Assembly (NCBI GenBank): GCA_965205025.1
Contig: CBDBFU010000012.1
Span: 32,001 to 96,000, forward strand
DNA from: Candidatus Poribacteria bacterium
Lineage (GTDB): Bacteria > Poribacteria > WGA-4E > WGA-3G
DNA: 64,000 bases
Direction: 5' to 3'
Both the position numbers and the translations under genes were made by a program. The notes beneath the pieces are model-generated. The model made no database searches. It was not told where the DNA came from and saw nothing but the letters and a program-made list of their open reading frames with translations. Shown one piece after another: positions 42,390 to 52,997 of this stretch (its first letter is position 1; each line of letters begins with the position of its first letter).

Positions 42390-43049
42390 CTATTCTTCTA
42401 TTACACGACGTAATCGCAGTAAGGATTCTGCAATAGAGATAAGATTAGGATTGATTTCTAAGGCTTTTCTATAGGCATCTACTGCTTCATCAACTTTTCC
42501 TAACCTTAGATATATATGACCCATACCTGCATACGCACCAAAATGATGTGGATTTAACTCTATTGTTTGTATGCAATCCGTTAGAGAATTGTCCCAATCC
42601 TCTAACATAAAATATGCTATTGCTCGTTGATTGTAACCTTCAGCAAAACTTGGATCCAACTGAATTACCTCTGAAAAACACTCAACTGCGTCTATGAACT
42701 TTTCATTCTTTAAAGATCTTTTACCCGTATTTAGCAATCTATCTACGCTCTCTTGTCCAGATCGTGCCCAGATAGTCCATAATGCCATTTCGGTGTTAAA
42801 ACTGGCACGTATATCTTCATTTTTGAGATTCTTTACTAAAGCAGGAACTGATTCCATACTTCCAATTAGTCCTAAGGCTGTGGCAGCAGCTCTGGCAACC
42901 AGTGGGTCGTCGTCTGGAAGATAGTTTACTAAGTCGTTTTCAGAATACTTAGAGTTTAGTAGGTTTTTTAAACTTACCTGATCAGATTCATTAAACATCT
43001 GTGCTGCTAATTCTGAAAAACCATTACGTTCTGCCATAGATATCCTCAT
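42390..43049 (-). CDS. HEAT + TPR repeat protein
   Basis: AATALGLIG HEAT repeat; TPR units ending LDPSF, LNPHH, INPNL. Confidence 0.85.
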   Translation of the reverse strand: MRISMAERNGFSELAAQMFNESDQVSLKNLLNSKYSENDLVNYLPDDDPLVARAAATALGLIGSMESVPALVKNLKNEDIRASFNTEMALWTIWARSGQESVDRLLNTGKRSLKNEKFIDAVECFSEVIQLDPSFAEGYNQRAIAYFMLEDWDNSLTDCIQTIELNPHHFGAYAGMGHIYLRLGKVDEAVDAYRKALEINPNLISIAESLLRLRRVIEE

Positions 43050-43138
43050 GTTTCCTATTTCCTATATTTAATAGTTGATTATAGCATATTTTTTTTGGAA
43101 ATTACACTATATATCTCAAGACCAGTTTCAGGTATGTA

Positions 43139-43654
43139 ATACCATTTCTGATAAATAAAGTAACTCTACTGTAGCATAAACTTCCAGTTTGTGCAGTATT
43201 TCAAGACATGCTGAACAACCGTTCATGAGATGAACATTTTAGAATTGGTCTAAGATCTTCATCATTTGTGATATTCTAATTGGTGATCTTTACTAAATTC
43301 AGTCCCGTGGAATGACTTATGAGGATTAAGTAAAGATTTCGGTTATCCAGTCCAAAAAATTATCGTAGGGGCGGGGTTAACCCGCCCGTATATTACCGAT
43401 TTAAAAAATTAATCTTCATATAGCATTCATACCCGACGAATGCCATACGCGCATTCGGCGTTGATTTGGGGGAATGCTAAATAGCATTCATACCGTTGAT
43501 TCCTTGATTCCTTCATTCCTTCATTCCTTGATTTTATGTTTCTTTAGAGGGTTAAAACAACGAAATAACGGCTTTTTAAGTCCAAAAATTGAGAAAATCA
43601 CACAACATCTCGGTGCTATTGGTCACATACAGACATAATTAAATCTATCTGATA
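43139..43654. repeat. Cluster of nested small elements: B (43139-43251), C (43319-43419), three E copies, F-type fragment
   Basis: Each piece matches copies elsewhere in the window. Confidence 0.75.
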
Positions 43655-43685
43655 TTTATCAAACTTCATCAGATGTCAATGTTTA

Positions 43686-44840
43686 TCAGTGTTTACTTTG
43701 TATTTGTTCTTGAAAATGCTTACTGAGATCAGACAGTATATGTCTTTGTCCTGAAAGTTCAAGTTGTATTTGATGGAATGTTTTTCGAACGGATCGACTC
43801 ACATCTTGCAGAAGGAGATAACTTAGCACCTTGACACCTATATCCGCATACGCACCTTTTCTACCTCTTGAGCTCATTTTTGATAAATGTAGATCTGTTT
43901 TTAGGTATCGCCAAAACTGTTCTATACTGTGGTGTTGAGACCAAATCCTCAGTATCTCACAGGAGCGTAGCGGCTTTCCAAATACTAACATTGTTCGCAT
44001 TTTACCCCTATCTAAAAAGAATAGTACCACCAGTGAACCCAATGTTGGACTTGTAGCTTGTGTGCGATAGTGTGGTTTATGACACCCCCATTGATCCGTG
44101 TTTAGTTGTATCTGTTTTTTATGAGCAGAAAGTTTAGTCGTCGTGTTATCTATAGTCATCACATAGTTGTTTTTTCCGTGAACAAGTATGCGATCAAATC
44201 CTAAGTCAGACAGACTTTGGACAAGTTCTTTACTGCCATACCACGAATCGAAAGTGATCGGATATTTTCTCAGTTCAATGCCTTGGGTCTCAAAGAAATC
44301 CAAAACATCTCTGAGCATCGTATCAAAAAGACTCGGTTTGTCTGTGTTGCCTCTCCCTTGTTTGCTGACAATGCGGATATTGAGGGGGATGATCATACTC
44401 CCAATCTTGATTGTGATAGCTAACACATTACGACCTCGGATCGTGTTATTCTGTTTTTTTGACCACCAGGGGTAGCAATAGGACAGCAGTTTACCATACC
44501 TTGGATCATTCGTATCATCTACACTGATTGTGATACAGCGACGAGATTGGGTAGAAGCACTTTTGGATTCTGACTCCCGTATCTCTTGGATGGCAATAGA
44601 GCCTCCGATACGCAGTAAGAGAGACTGCCATTGATATAGACTGAAGTCTTTTAGATGACGATAAAGGTTCGCTTTCGATATTGACAACGCTTCTGCTACT
44701 TGATTCGAGTTGTAAAGACCAAACAGATGACCCGTTGAAAGGAGTAGCAGTGTTTCTAAAAGTTGTGTCGTTATTGTCCGAAAGTTGGTGAAGAGAAGTA
44801 TTTGAAAATACATAGTAGATTTGATAAGATGTTGACGCAT
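43686..44840 (-). mobile_element. IS701/IS4-like DDE transposase
   Basis: VDDT, FDSWYG, IEQFWR triad; element ends not resolved. Confidence 0.8.
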
Positions 44841-45081
44841 GGGATAAACTCCTAAGTTGTAATAGTTTAAACACATTATTTAGGATGATATCCCATGCCC
44901 TAAAAGTCAAGAATAAAATAAAAAACGCATTTTCAGGACGCTATATAGCCTCAGTACTGATTGTTAATAGGTTAAGAACAATTCTGAGAATTGTCAGCAT
45001 TAGTATTTCAATCCATGTATAACATCTGTTCATGGTATAAACATTTATAAAAATGCTATAACATCTTTTAGGAGTTGCTAC

Positions 45082-45874
45082 ATGGCAGAAAGAACTGATC
45101 CATCTCAAAAAAATAAATCATCCTTTTTATTGTCAATATCGCGCAGTTTATGAATATGCAACGCAATTCATAAAAGCAATGAATGTATTAGATATTGGAT
45201 GCGGTGAAGGATATGGAGCACACCTGTTAGCACAACGCGCCAAAGAAGTCTTTGCTATTGATAAAGATAAGAAATCTATTCAAGAAGCACAACGAAAATA
45301 TCCCCTACCAAACCTTAGTTTTGACGTTCAACATGTTGAGAATCTTTCAAAATATACCCAAAAAACCTTTGATGTCATCTGTTGTTTTCACGTGATTGAA
45401 CATCTAAAAGAACCGAATCGTTTATTAGCGGATATAAGTAAACTTCTATCAAAGTCAGGTATACTGTTGATTTCTACCCCAAACCGATATTCACCTTTTC
45501 GGAGTGCTACTGGGATAGAGTGGCCCTATCATGAACGGGAGTATTCCGTTGACGAATATCGCAAACTCCTTTCATCCTGTTTTAAAAATGTAACACTTTA
45601 CGCACTTCATGCACGCGAAAAAGTTCAACAATTTCAAAACATTCGAACACGGTATGTCCAGCAAATATTCAGGTGGGATATCCTGAAAATGCGCAAGTGG
45701 CTTCCTAAACGCATGCTGCAATCCTGCTATAACATTGGTGGAAAAATGTTAAAATCATTTATGAAAGCAACTCACGATAGCTTAATATCCAATATCACAT
45801 TATCAGATTTTCATGTATCAGATACCCAACTTCACCATGGGTTAGACCTTATTGGTGTCTGCCGAACCCAATGA
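45082..45874 (+). CDS. Class I SAM-dependent methyltransferase, frameshifted in an A7 tract
   Basis: LDIGCGEGYG, HVIEHL, ISTPN; AGGAG + ATG at 45082; A7 to A6 at 45107-45113 restores the frame. Confidence 0.8.
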
Positions 45875-46688
45875 ACTTATACCATTTCTGGTAATTAAAG
45901 TCCCATTAATAGAATCTCTTTAATGTAGCACAAACTTCCAGTTTGTGCTTTTTAGTCCTATTAGGAGGGGATTCCGATCCTAAATCTTCTCTTCTGTAGG
46001 AGGGAATTCCGCTCAATCCTTCAAGATTCTATTCCTACCCTTGGTAGGCTTGGTTGGTAATCCCTGCCTTAGTATCTGTATTGAAAGAAAATCTTACTGA
46101 CAATAACCTCTCTTTTCCGTGTAATCCGCGTAATCTGTGATTCAGACAACTCAAAACAAACATAATACCATTCCTAATACATTAAAAAATATGAAGAAAA
46201 CACCCACTACTAACAACTAACATACATATATCACAAAAACGCAAAAACATTTTAATAATTGTCAAAATATAAATAAAATCAAGGGTTAGAATTCAAACTA
46301 AAAACCAACAACTAAAAACCAATGACTATCTATAAAAACGATCCTAATTACAAAGCTTCATATACGTCAAAAAAACATACTGTTTTTATGGTAGAGAATG
46401 TCAAAATTAGAAAGGACAAAAAGAACACAAAATCACACATTTTAGAAATTCTTATAAAGTTAATTCAAAGTGAAGTAAAGCCAGTCTATGACAGGGGTTA
46501 CAGGGGGAATTTACACCAATTTCAATGTCACACCGTGTGACAAAAAGTGTAACTTTTTTCCTATTTTCGACGCATAGACTAATGCAACAACAACACGATA
46601 TACTGTCTGAGTATTTAGGATTAAATGGATGTTTTTATACCTTATATATTGTCTGTATATTAGGATTAAATGTCTGTTTTTATGTCTT

Positions 46689-46756
46689 CGGGTAGAGCGG
46701 AGCGAAACCCGACTTCTTTCGTTCCTGTTGGGTTTCGCAAACTCAATACAACCTAT
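46689..46756. repeat. Inverted REP-like pair
   Basis: CGGGTAGAGCGGAGCGAAACCCGAC ... GTTGGGTTTCGCAAACTCAATACAACC. Confidence 0.55.
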
Positions 46757-46896
46757 AAGATAAACTCTAAGGAACACACATCAACGAAAAGATTCTTAAA
46801 ACTAAATTACCGGGCTATTGTATTTGAATAAATGACATTATCAACATAGATATGGTATAATTGTAAATTATCAAGAAATTTAGTTGGAGGATTGGA

Positions 46897-48255
46897 TTGC
46901 TTAAAGTTTCAAAATTTGGAGGAAGTTCACTTGCAAATGCAGAACAAGTCAATAGAGTTTGTGATATAATTATCGCAGACAAAGATAGACGAATTATCAT
47001 TGTTTCTGCTCCTGGCAAGAGACATAGTAACGATATTAAAGTTACAGATCTACTAATTGCTGCTGCGTCTGAAAGGTTAATGGGGAAAACCGGGGCATCA
47101 GAATGTGCTGAAGCCATTGAAAGATATAGGAATATTGCCAAAGAATTGGAACTTCCCCCTGTTGTAATTGAGCCAATTGCTAATGATCTAACAGAACGTC
47201 TTAATTCCAGTATAGAGGATTCAGATCTATACATGGATACCATGAAGGCTGGTGGTGAAGATAATTGTGCTCGATTAATAGCAAAGGTGTTAGAGGCACG
47301 TGGTGTGGAAGCATACTACGTAAATCCAAAAGATGCAGGTATGTTGTTATCAGACGAACCTGGAAACGCACAAGTTCTACCTGAGGCATACACCCACCTT
47401 AGAAATCTCAGTGACCGATCGGGAATTACTATCTTTCCAGGTTTCTTTGGATATTCAAAAACAGGAAACATTGTCACTTTTTCACGAGGTGGTTCTGACA
47501 TTACAGGTGCAATTCTTGCCGGTGCTGTACGCGCCGAAGTATATGAGAATTTTACCGATGTAGATTCAGTTTTCTCAGCAAATCCCAACATTGTTACAGA
47601 TCCAGCACCCATTTCTGAACTTACTTACAGAGAAATGAGAGAACTCTCATACGCAGGTTTTTCAGTTTTTCATGATGAGGCTCTTGAACCCGTGTATCGC
47701 GCAATGGTACCAGTACACATACGAAACACAAATAATCCTACTGCAGATGGTACTTTAATCGTTCCAGAACGCACTTCATCTGATTTTCCAGTTGTTGGTA
47801 TTGCAGCGATGGGGGATGTTTGCTGTGTGTATCTCAGCAAATATCTGATGAACAGACAAGTCGGTTTTGGTAGACGTTTACTTCAGATATTAGAAGAAGA
47901 AAATATATCATTTGAGCATATTCCTTCAGGGATAGATAATATGTCTGTAATCTTGCGCGAAGAGAATTTATCGGAAAAAAAAGAAAGAAGAGTAGTTGAG
48001 AAAATTCGACAGACTCTTGCCCCAGAAGACATCTTTGTTGAACGTGATTTATCCCTCATAATGGTAGTTGGTGAAGGCATGCGTCATACTGTTGGAATTG
48101 CATCACGTGCATCTGGAGCGTTAGCTGGTTCAGGAGTAAATATTGAAATGATTAACCAAGGTTCTAATGAAGTCAGTATGATGTTTGGTGTAAAATCCAC
48201 TGATATGGAAAACGCTGTACAAGCTCTCTATAAGGAATTCTTCAATGGTAATTAG
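46897..48255 (+). CDS. lysC: Aspartate kinase
   Basis: KFGGSSLA, VSAPGK, RGGSDITG, ACT domains. Confidence 0.93.
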   Translation: MLKVSKFGGSSLANAEQVNRVCDIIIADKDRRIIIVSAPGKRHSNDIKVTDLLIAAASERLMGKTGASECAEAIERYRNIAKELELPPVVIEPIANDLTERLNSSIEDSDLYMDTMKAGGEDNCARLIAKVLEARGVEAYYVNPKDAGMLLSDEPGNAQVLPEAYTHLRNLSDRSGITIFPGFFGYSKTGNIVTFSRGGSDITGAILAGAVRAEVYENFTDVDSVFSANPNIVTDPAPISELTYREMRELSYAGFSVFHDEALEPVYRAMVPVHIRNTNNPTADGTLIVPERTSSDFPVVGIAAMGDVCCVYLSKYLMNRQVGFGRRLLQILEEENISFEHIPSGIDNMSVILREENLSEKKERRVVEKIRQTLAPEDIFVERDLSLIMVVGEGMRHTVGIASRASGALAGSGVNIEMINQGSNEVSMMFGVKSTDMENAVQALYKEFFNGN

Positions 48256-49069
48256 AGTTAAACCAAAAGAAATCGACGATTGCAAACTATCTGAAGAACA
48301 TATTAAGAAAGCTGTAAATGCTATTCAGGTTGATGGATATGTGGTTATAGAAAATGTAATAAGTCATGATTCCTTAGACATATTACGCGAAAGAATGGAT
48401 GCTGATTCCAAGAAATTAATAAAAGCAGGAAAATGGGGTGGTGCAGGGATGCTTAAAGGACATTTACAACAAGGTCCTCCACCATTTGCTCCCTACATCT
48501 TCAGAGATGTTGTCGCGAATCCATTAATTATACAAATCACTAAAGAGATATTGGGTGAAGGTTTATATAACAACTTTTATAATGGTAATACGAACTGTCC
48601 AGGTAGTTCGACACAGCCACTTCATAGAGATGGAGATCATCTGTGGCAGAATCAGGAAATTGCACATCCAACGGCAGAAGTGGTTGTAAACATATCACCT
48701 CAAGACACAACTGAAGAAAATGGTAGTGTGGAATTATGGCCAGGATCACATTTAGATATCAGTGGACGACACATAGATGAAGAAATTGAGGCAAAACGAC
48801 GTGAAATCGCACCACCTATACGAGGAAATGCTAAGAAAGGTAGTGCTTTAATCCGTGATATGCGTTTATGGCATCGAGGTGTACCGAACGAATCTGACGA
48901 ACCAAGACACATGATCGCTATGATACATCGAATATATTGGTTGAAATCAAGAAGACGTTTGAAATATCGTAAGGGGTGTGAAGAAGCTTTTGAAAATAGC
49001 GAACTTGATCATAATGCAGATTTCGTAGAAGCCAAACTTGATGAATATCTATTCAATCCAAGTTTTTAG
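48245..49069 (+). CDS. PhyH family dioxygenase
   Basis: LHRD, ENGSVELWPGSH, LWHRG. Confidence 0.85.
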   Translation: MVIRVKPKEIDDCKLSEEHIKKAVNAIQVDGYVVIENVISHDSLDILRERMDADSKKLIKAGKWGGAGMLKGHLQQGPPPFAPYIFRDVVANPLIIQITKEILGEGLYNNFYNGNTNCPGSSTQPLHRDGDHLWQNQEIAHPTAEVVVNISPQDTTEENGSVELWPGSHLDISGRHIDEEIEAKRREIAPPIRGNAKKGSALIRDMRLWHRGVPNESDEPRHMIAMIHRIYWLKSRRRLKYRKGCEEAFENSELDHNADFVEAKLDEYLFNPSF

Positions 49070-49137
49070 GATATTTGTCAGATTTCCATATAATCTTTCA
49101 AGAAAGGATTCGATTATATCAGAAGTATATCCTGTGT

Positions 49138-50859
49138 ATGAATGATAAAAAGACACAAAGACATGGACAACAGAAGAAATTGATTATTGGTATTGGGTAT
49201 CCATTACTAATTGTAGCAGCATTTTGTACTATGATTCCTCTCTTGTGGTTGTTAAGCTCATCATTCAAAACTGCAGACGAAGTTTTTGCAGTTCCAATCC
49301 AATGGCTACCAAAATTACCACCTCGAATTAACTCCTCACCTTATATACTCTCAAAAACCTATCCCCCATTAAAGAAACCTGAGGAAGTGAATTCGAATGA
49401 TTGGATTAGTATTTTACCTAATTTAGAACAACGCATTTGGAGGAAGATACAAGAACATTTGTCAGAACATTCATACCCACATAATGAGAATCAATATATA
49501 TTATTCAAGACTGAGATGATTGAAGGAGTATGGATGCATCATTCTCCCAACCTACCAAAGAAATTATGGGAAGGCACACAGGAAGACATTATCTATCAGG
49601 TTGAGAATGGTATTATATCTGAAACAGTCCAAACCGTATATGAAAATGTCATTCGACAGGTATCTGTTGGTTCAATTGTTATAGAAGATATTGACTTTAA
49701 ACGTATCACTATAGATTCTGTTGTATGGGAATCTGAAATGATAAGGATTAGAGAATCTTCAGAATCTCATAATGCCAATCCAGTTGTAAATTTATCTTAC
49801 AACTTCAATGAGGATAATGTGAAAACAATATCTACTTCTCTCAACTCATCAATTCCATTAGAACGTATACGACGGATTTTAATACCAATACATGGGGATG
49901 CTTCATACCATCAGCTAACCTTTACTATTACCACAAGAGACAAAAGTTTCACATCAACAAAACCGTTTGTATTATCTTCATCGCTATGGAATGACAGTGA
50001 ATGGCGGTTGAATGGAATTCCAGGAAACTTAGAATCATCACAAATAATGGTGAAACCAATTGATTCAGACTTAAAAATGGACGAAATCAGTAGTAATGAG
50101 AATCAATTATTTGATCCAGATGTAAAAACAGAATTGACAATAAATCTAACAATTGATCGACCGCCATATATAACAATTGTCTGGAATAAATTAACGACAA
50201 ACTATCGTAAATTATGGAGTGTTGTTCCATATAACCAGTATTTCATAAATAGTGTATTCATAGCAACAGCATCAACCCTACTCACACTATTCTTCTGTTC
50301 GTTAGGTGGTTTTGCATTTGCGAAATACCAATTTAAAGGCAAAAAAGTGTTATTTGGTATCCTTCTCGCATCTATGATGATTCCTTTCCAGGTCTTATTG
50401 GTCCCTCTCTTTGGCCTAATGTATAATATCGGTTGGTTAAATAGTTATATGGCAATTATCATCCCATTTTCAGTTGGGGCATTTGGAGTATTCTTGATGC
50501 GTCAATTTATAATTACAATACCTTCCGAATTAATTGATGCAGCACGAATTGACGGATGTTCAGAGTTTGGTATATATTATAGGATAATCCTTCCAATAAT
50601 AAAACCAGCACTTGGTGCGTTAACAATCTACTCATTCTTGGGTTCATGGAATGGTTATCTCTGGCCACTCATCGTCTTACGTGATGAGCAAAAATACACA
50701 TTACCGATCGGGTTAGCAAATCTTATAGGTACATATCGTCAAGAATATGGTATGCTGATGGCAGGAACACTGCTGTCGTTATTACCTATAGTCATCCTCT
50801 TCTTAGCAATGCAACGTGAATTTATACAAGGTATTACCTTAGGTAGTGTAAAGGAGTAA
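49138..50859 (+). CDS. Carbohydrate ABC permease (MalG-like) with large soluble insertion
   Basis: SSFKT, YFINS, ELIDAARIDG (EAA motif). Confidence 0.85.
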   Translation: MNDKKTQRHGQQKKLIIGIGYPLLIVAAFCTMIPLLWLLSSSFKTADEVFAVPIQWLPKLPPRINSSPYILSKTYPPLKKPEEVNSNDWISILPNLEQRIWRKIQEHLSEHSYPHNENQYILFKTEMIEGVWMHHSPNLPKKLWEGTQEDIIYQVENGIISETVQTVYENVIRQVSVGSIVIEDIDFKRITIDSVVWESEMIRIRESSESHNANPVVNLSYNFNEDNVKTISTSLNSSIPLERIRRILIPIHGDASYHQLTFTITTRDKSFTSTKPFVLSSSLWNDSEWRLNGIPGNLESSQIMVKPIDSDLKMDEISSNENQLFDPDVKTELTINLTIDRPPYITIVWNKLTTNYRKLWSVVPYNQYFINSVFIATASTLLTLFFCSLGGFAFAKYQFKGKKVLFGILLASMMIPFQVLLVPLFGLMYNIGWLNSYMAIIIPFSVGAFGVFLMRQFIITIPSELIDAARIDGCSEFGIYYRIILPIIKPALGALTIYSFLGSWNGYLWPLIVLRDEQKYTLPIGLANLIGTYRQEYGMLMAGTLLSLLPIVILFLAMQREFIQGITLGSVKE

Positions 50860-50864
50860 TTCCA

Positions 50865-51170
50865 ATGTCAGACTTTACCCCAGTAACAAAAATATCTAAT
50901 ATTAAGGATGGACGCGGAAAATCTTTCACAGTAAATGGAAAACGAATTGCAATATTTAATCAAGCCGGACAATTCTGTGCAATAGATAATACATGTCCAC
51001 ATGCAATGGGTTCACTTGGTAGAGGAAGGATAAAGAACAATACCGTTGTTTGCCCTGTTCACGGATATGTATATAATACCGAAACGGGTCAATGCATCAC
51101 TGATCCGCGCCTCCAAGTACGGACTTATCCCGTAATTGTTGAAGATGAGGAAATAAAAGTTCAGACTTAA
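50865..51170 (+). CDS. Rieske [2Fe-2S] ferredoxin
   Basis: CPH...CPVH. Confidence 0.9.
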   Translation: MSDFTPVTKISNIKDGRGKSFTVNGKRIAIFNQAGQFCAIDNTCPHAMGSLGRGRIKNNTVVCPVHGYVYNTETGQCITDPRLQVRTYPVIVEDEEIKVQT

Positions 51171-51285
51171 TATAGTCAAGTATGTAAGTGAAAATTTATT
51201 CACGATTTTATTTATCTTGAAATTAATCAGAATATTACATAGAATTAGTTGATATATGAATTTGTATAGAGAGGATAAACATTCT

Positions 51286-52035
51286 ATGAATAAAATTAGT
51301 CTTATATTATCACTAATTTTAATTGTATCCGTATTAGGTTTGACAGGTTGTGAAAGGGTTCAGGATGTTGTCATTGATTCCATGCCAGAAGACACAGACG
51401 ACAGTATGGATGCTCCTGTTAAGTTGGTATTGTTTGTTGACTATCCTGAAGATGGTAAGGATGATTATATTGCCTGGGTTGCTTCTGTTGCTGCAACATT
51501 ACAAGCACCAGATGAAGTCACAAGAATTCGATCTTATGATAATGAAGATCCTACTATGAGTCCGAATAGACTCGTTGAATTTGAATTCGACAATTTCCTT
51601 GATGCTGCATCCTACTTGAATCGGACGGATATCAGTGATATACTTGCTGATATACCAAATCATACAAGTAAGGCGACTGTTTATACATTCATCAAACGTT
51701 CAGATTATGATAAAAGCGGTGAAGATAATTATCCAATTAAGTACATTCTTCTTATCAATTACCCATTGGGTGGAAAGCAAGCATATTTAGATTGGGTAGC
51801 ATCCAATTCATCTACTCTTACAAATCCCTCTGAGTTGAAAGCCATTGCTTCGTATGACAACTTTTATGGTGAATCTTGGCATAGACTTGTTCAATTCGAA
51901 TTTGCAAGTAGAGAAGAATCAGAAATATATGAGGCTCGTGAGGATTTGCAGGTTCTAAAAGAACAACTGGATACTCGGACAGCCGGTTGGACTGAACATA
52001 CTTTTGAGTTAAGATCTGATTATATCAATGAATAA
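51286..52035 (+). CDS. Lipoprotein with two internally repeated EthD-like domains
   Basis: Lipobox LTGC; repeated YP..GK..Y..WVAS...SYDN...RLV.FEF. Confidence 0.65.
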   Translation: MNKISLILSLILIVSVLGLTGCERVQDVVIDSMPEDTDDSMDAPVKLVLFVDYPEDGKDDYIAWVASVAATLQAPDEVTRIRSYDNEDPTMSPNRLVEFEFDNFLDAASYLNRTDISDILADIPNHTSKATVYTFIKRSDYDKSGEDNYPIKYILLINYPLGGKQAYLDWVASNSSTLTNPSELKAIASYDNFYGESWHRLVQFEFASREESEIYEAREDLQVLKEQLDTRTAGWTEHTFELRSDYINE

Positions 52036-52109
52036 CTGAAATAGGTTGAATAAGTATATAACAAAATATTGACTAATAGGTAATACAACTATATTTGAAA
52101 GGAACATTT

Positions 52110-52736
52110 ATGTTACAAACTCCTCCAGATTCCGCAGTAATTCTTTTTAACGGAAAAGACCTAAATAACTGGACAACCCGGGATGGCGGTGAAGCAAAGT
52201 GGGATGTCGAAGATGGTGTCATGACCGTTGTTCCACGTACCGGCGACATCATGACTAAGGAAAAGTTCACTGACCACTATCTACATGTGGAATTCATGTG
52301 TCCGGATATGCCTGAAGCAACCGGTCAAGCTAAAGGGAATAGCGGAGTATTTCTACAGGGTAGATATGAAGTACAGGTTTTAGATTCATACGGTATTGAT
52401 GTGCCCGGGAAAGGTGATTGTGGTGCTATTTACAATCAATTTGCACCCCTTGTGAATGCCTGTAAACCTGCTCTCGAATGGCAAACCTATGATATTATAT
52501 TCCGTGCTCCACGACTTACTGATAAGAGTGAGTTAATTGATAATGTCAGAGTCACTGTTATTCAAAACGGATTGGTTATTCTAAATAATGTTGCACTGCC
52601 TGGAACTACAGGGGCAAATATCGATTCAGCTGTTGGTGAACCTGGACCTCTGCTCTTACAAGACCATGGAAACCACTTAAAATTCCGAAATGTCTGGGCA
52701 GTTCCATTACCACTTGAAGGTTCTGATCAATACTAA
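52110..52736 (+). CDS. DUF1080 (3-keto-disaccharide hydrolase-like) protein
   Basis: LFNGKDL, GNSGVFL, YEVQVLDS, LQDHG. Confidence 0.88.
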   Translation: MLQTPPDSAVILFNGKDLNNWTTRDGGEAKWDVEDGVMTVVPRTGDIMTKEKFTDHYLHVEFMCPDMPEATGQAKGNSGVFLQGRYEVQVLDSYGIDVPGKGDCGAIYNQFAPLVNACKPALEWQTYDIIFRAPRLTDKSELIDNVRVTVIQNGLVILNNVALPGTTGANIDSAVGEPGPLLLQDHGNHLKFRNVWAVPLPLEGSDQY

Positions 52737-52753
52737 TTTGAATGCAATAAAGC

Positions 52754-52800
52754 AAAGCGTGATGAGTTGAATATAAACCAATACAATTCATCACGCTTTT
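52754..52800 (+). terminator. Terminator-like hairpin
   Basis: AAAGCGTGATGAGTTG...CAATTCATCACGCTTTT. Confidence 0.6.
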
Positions 52801-52850
52801 CCATTAGTGATATACACGAATATAGCATATCCAATGCACAACCAGTAAAA

Positions 52851-52977
52851 ATACCATTTCTGGTAATTATAGTCTCATTAATAGACTCTCTTTAATGTAG
52901 CACAAACTTCCAGTTTGGGTTGTATTTCAAGACATAAATATCACCTAATCATGGGAAAATCAATTATAGAATGGTAT
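52851..52977. mobile_element. MITE family B
   Basis: TIR plus GTAGCACAAACTTCCAGTTTG; left half nearly identical to the copy starting at 45879. Confidence 0.75.
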
Positions 52978-52997
52978 AACTCTATGGGAGGAATCCT

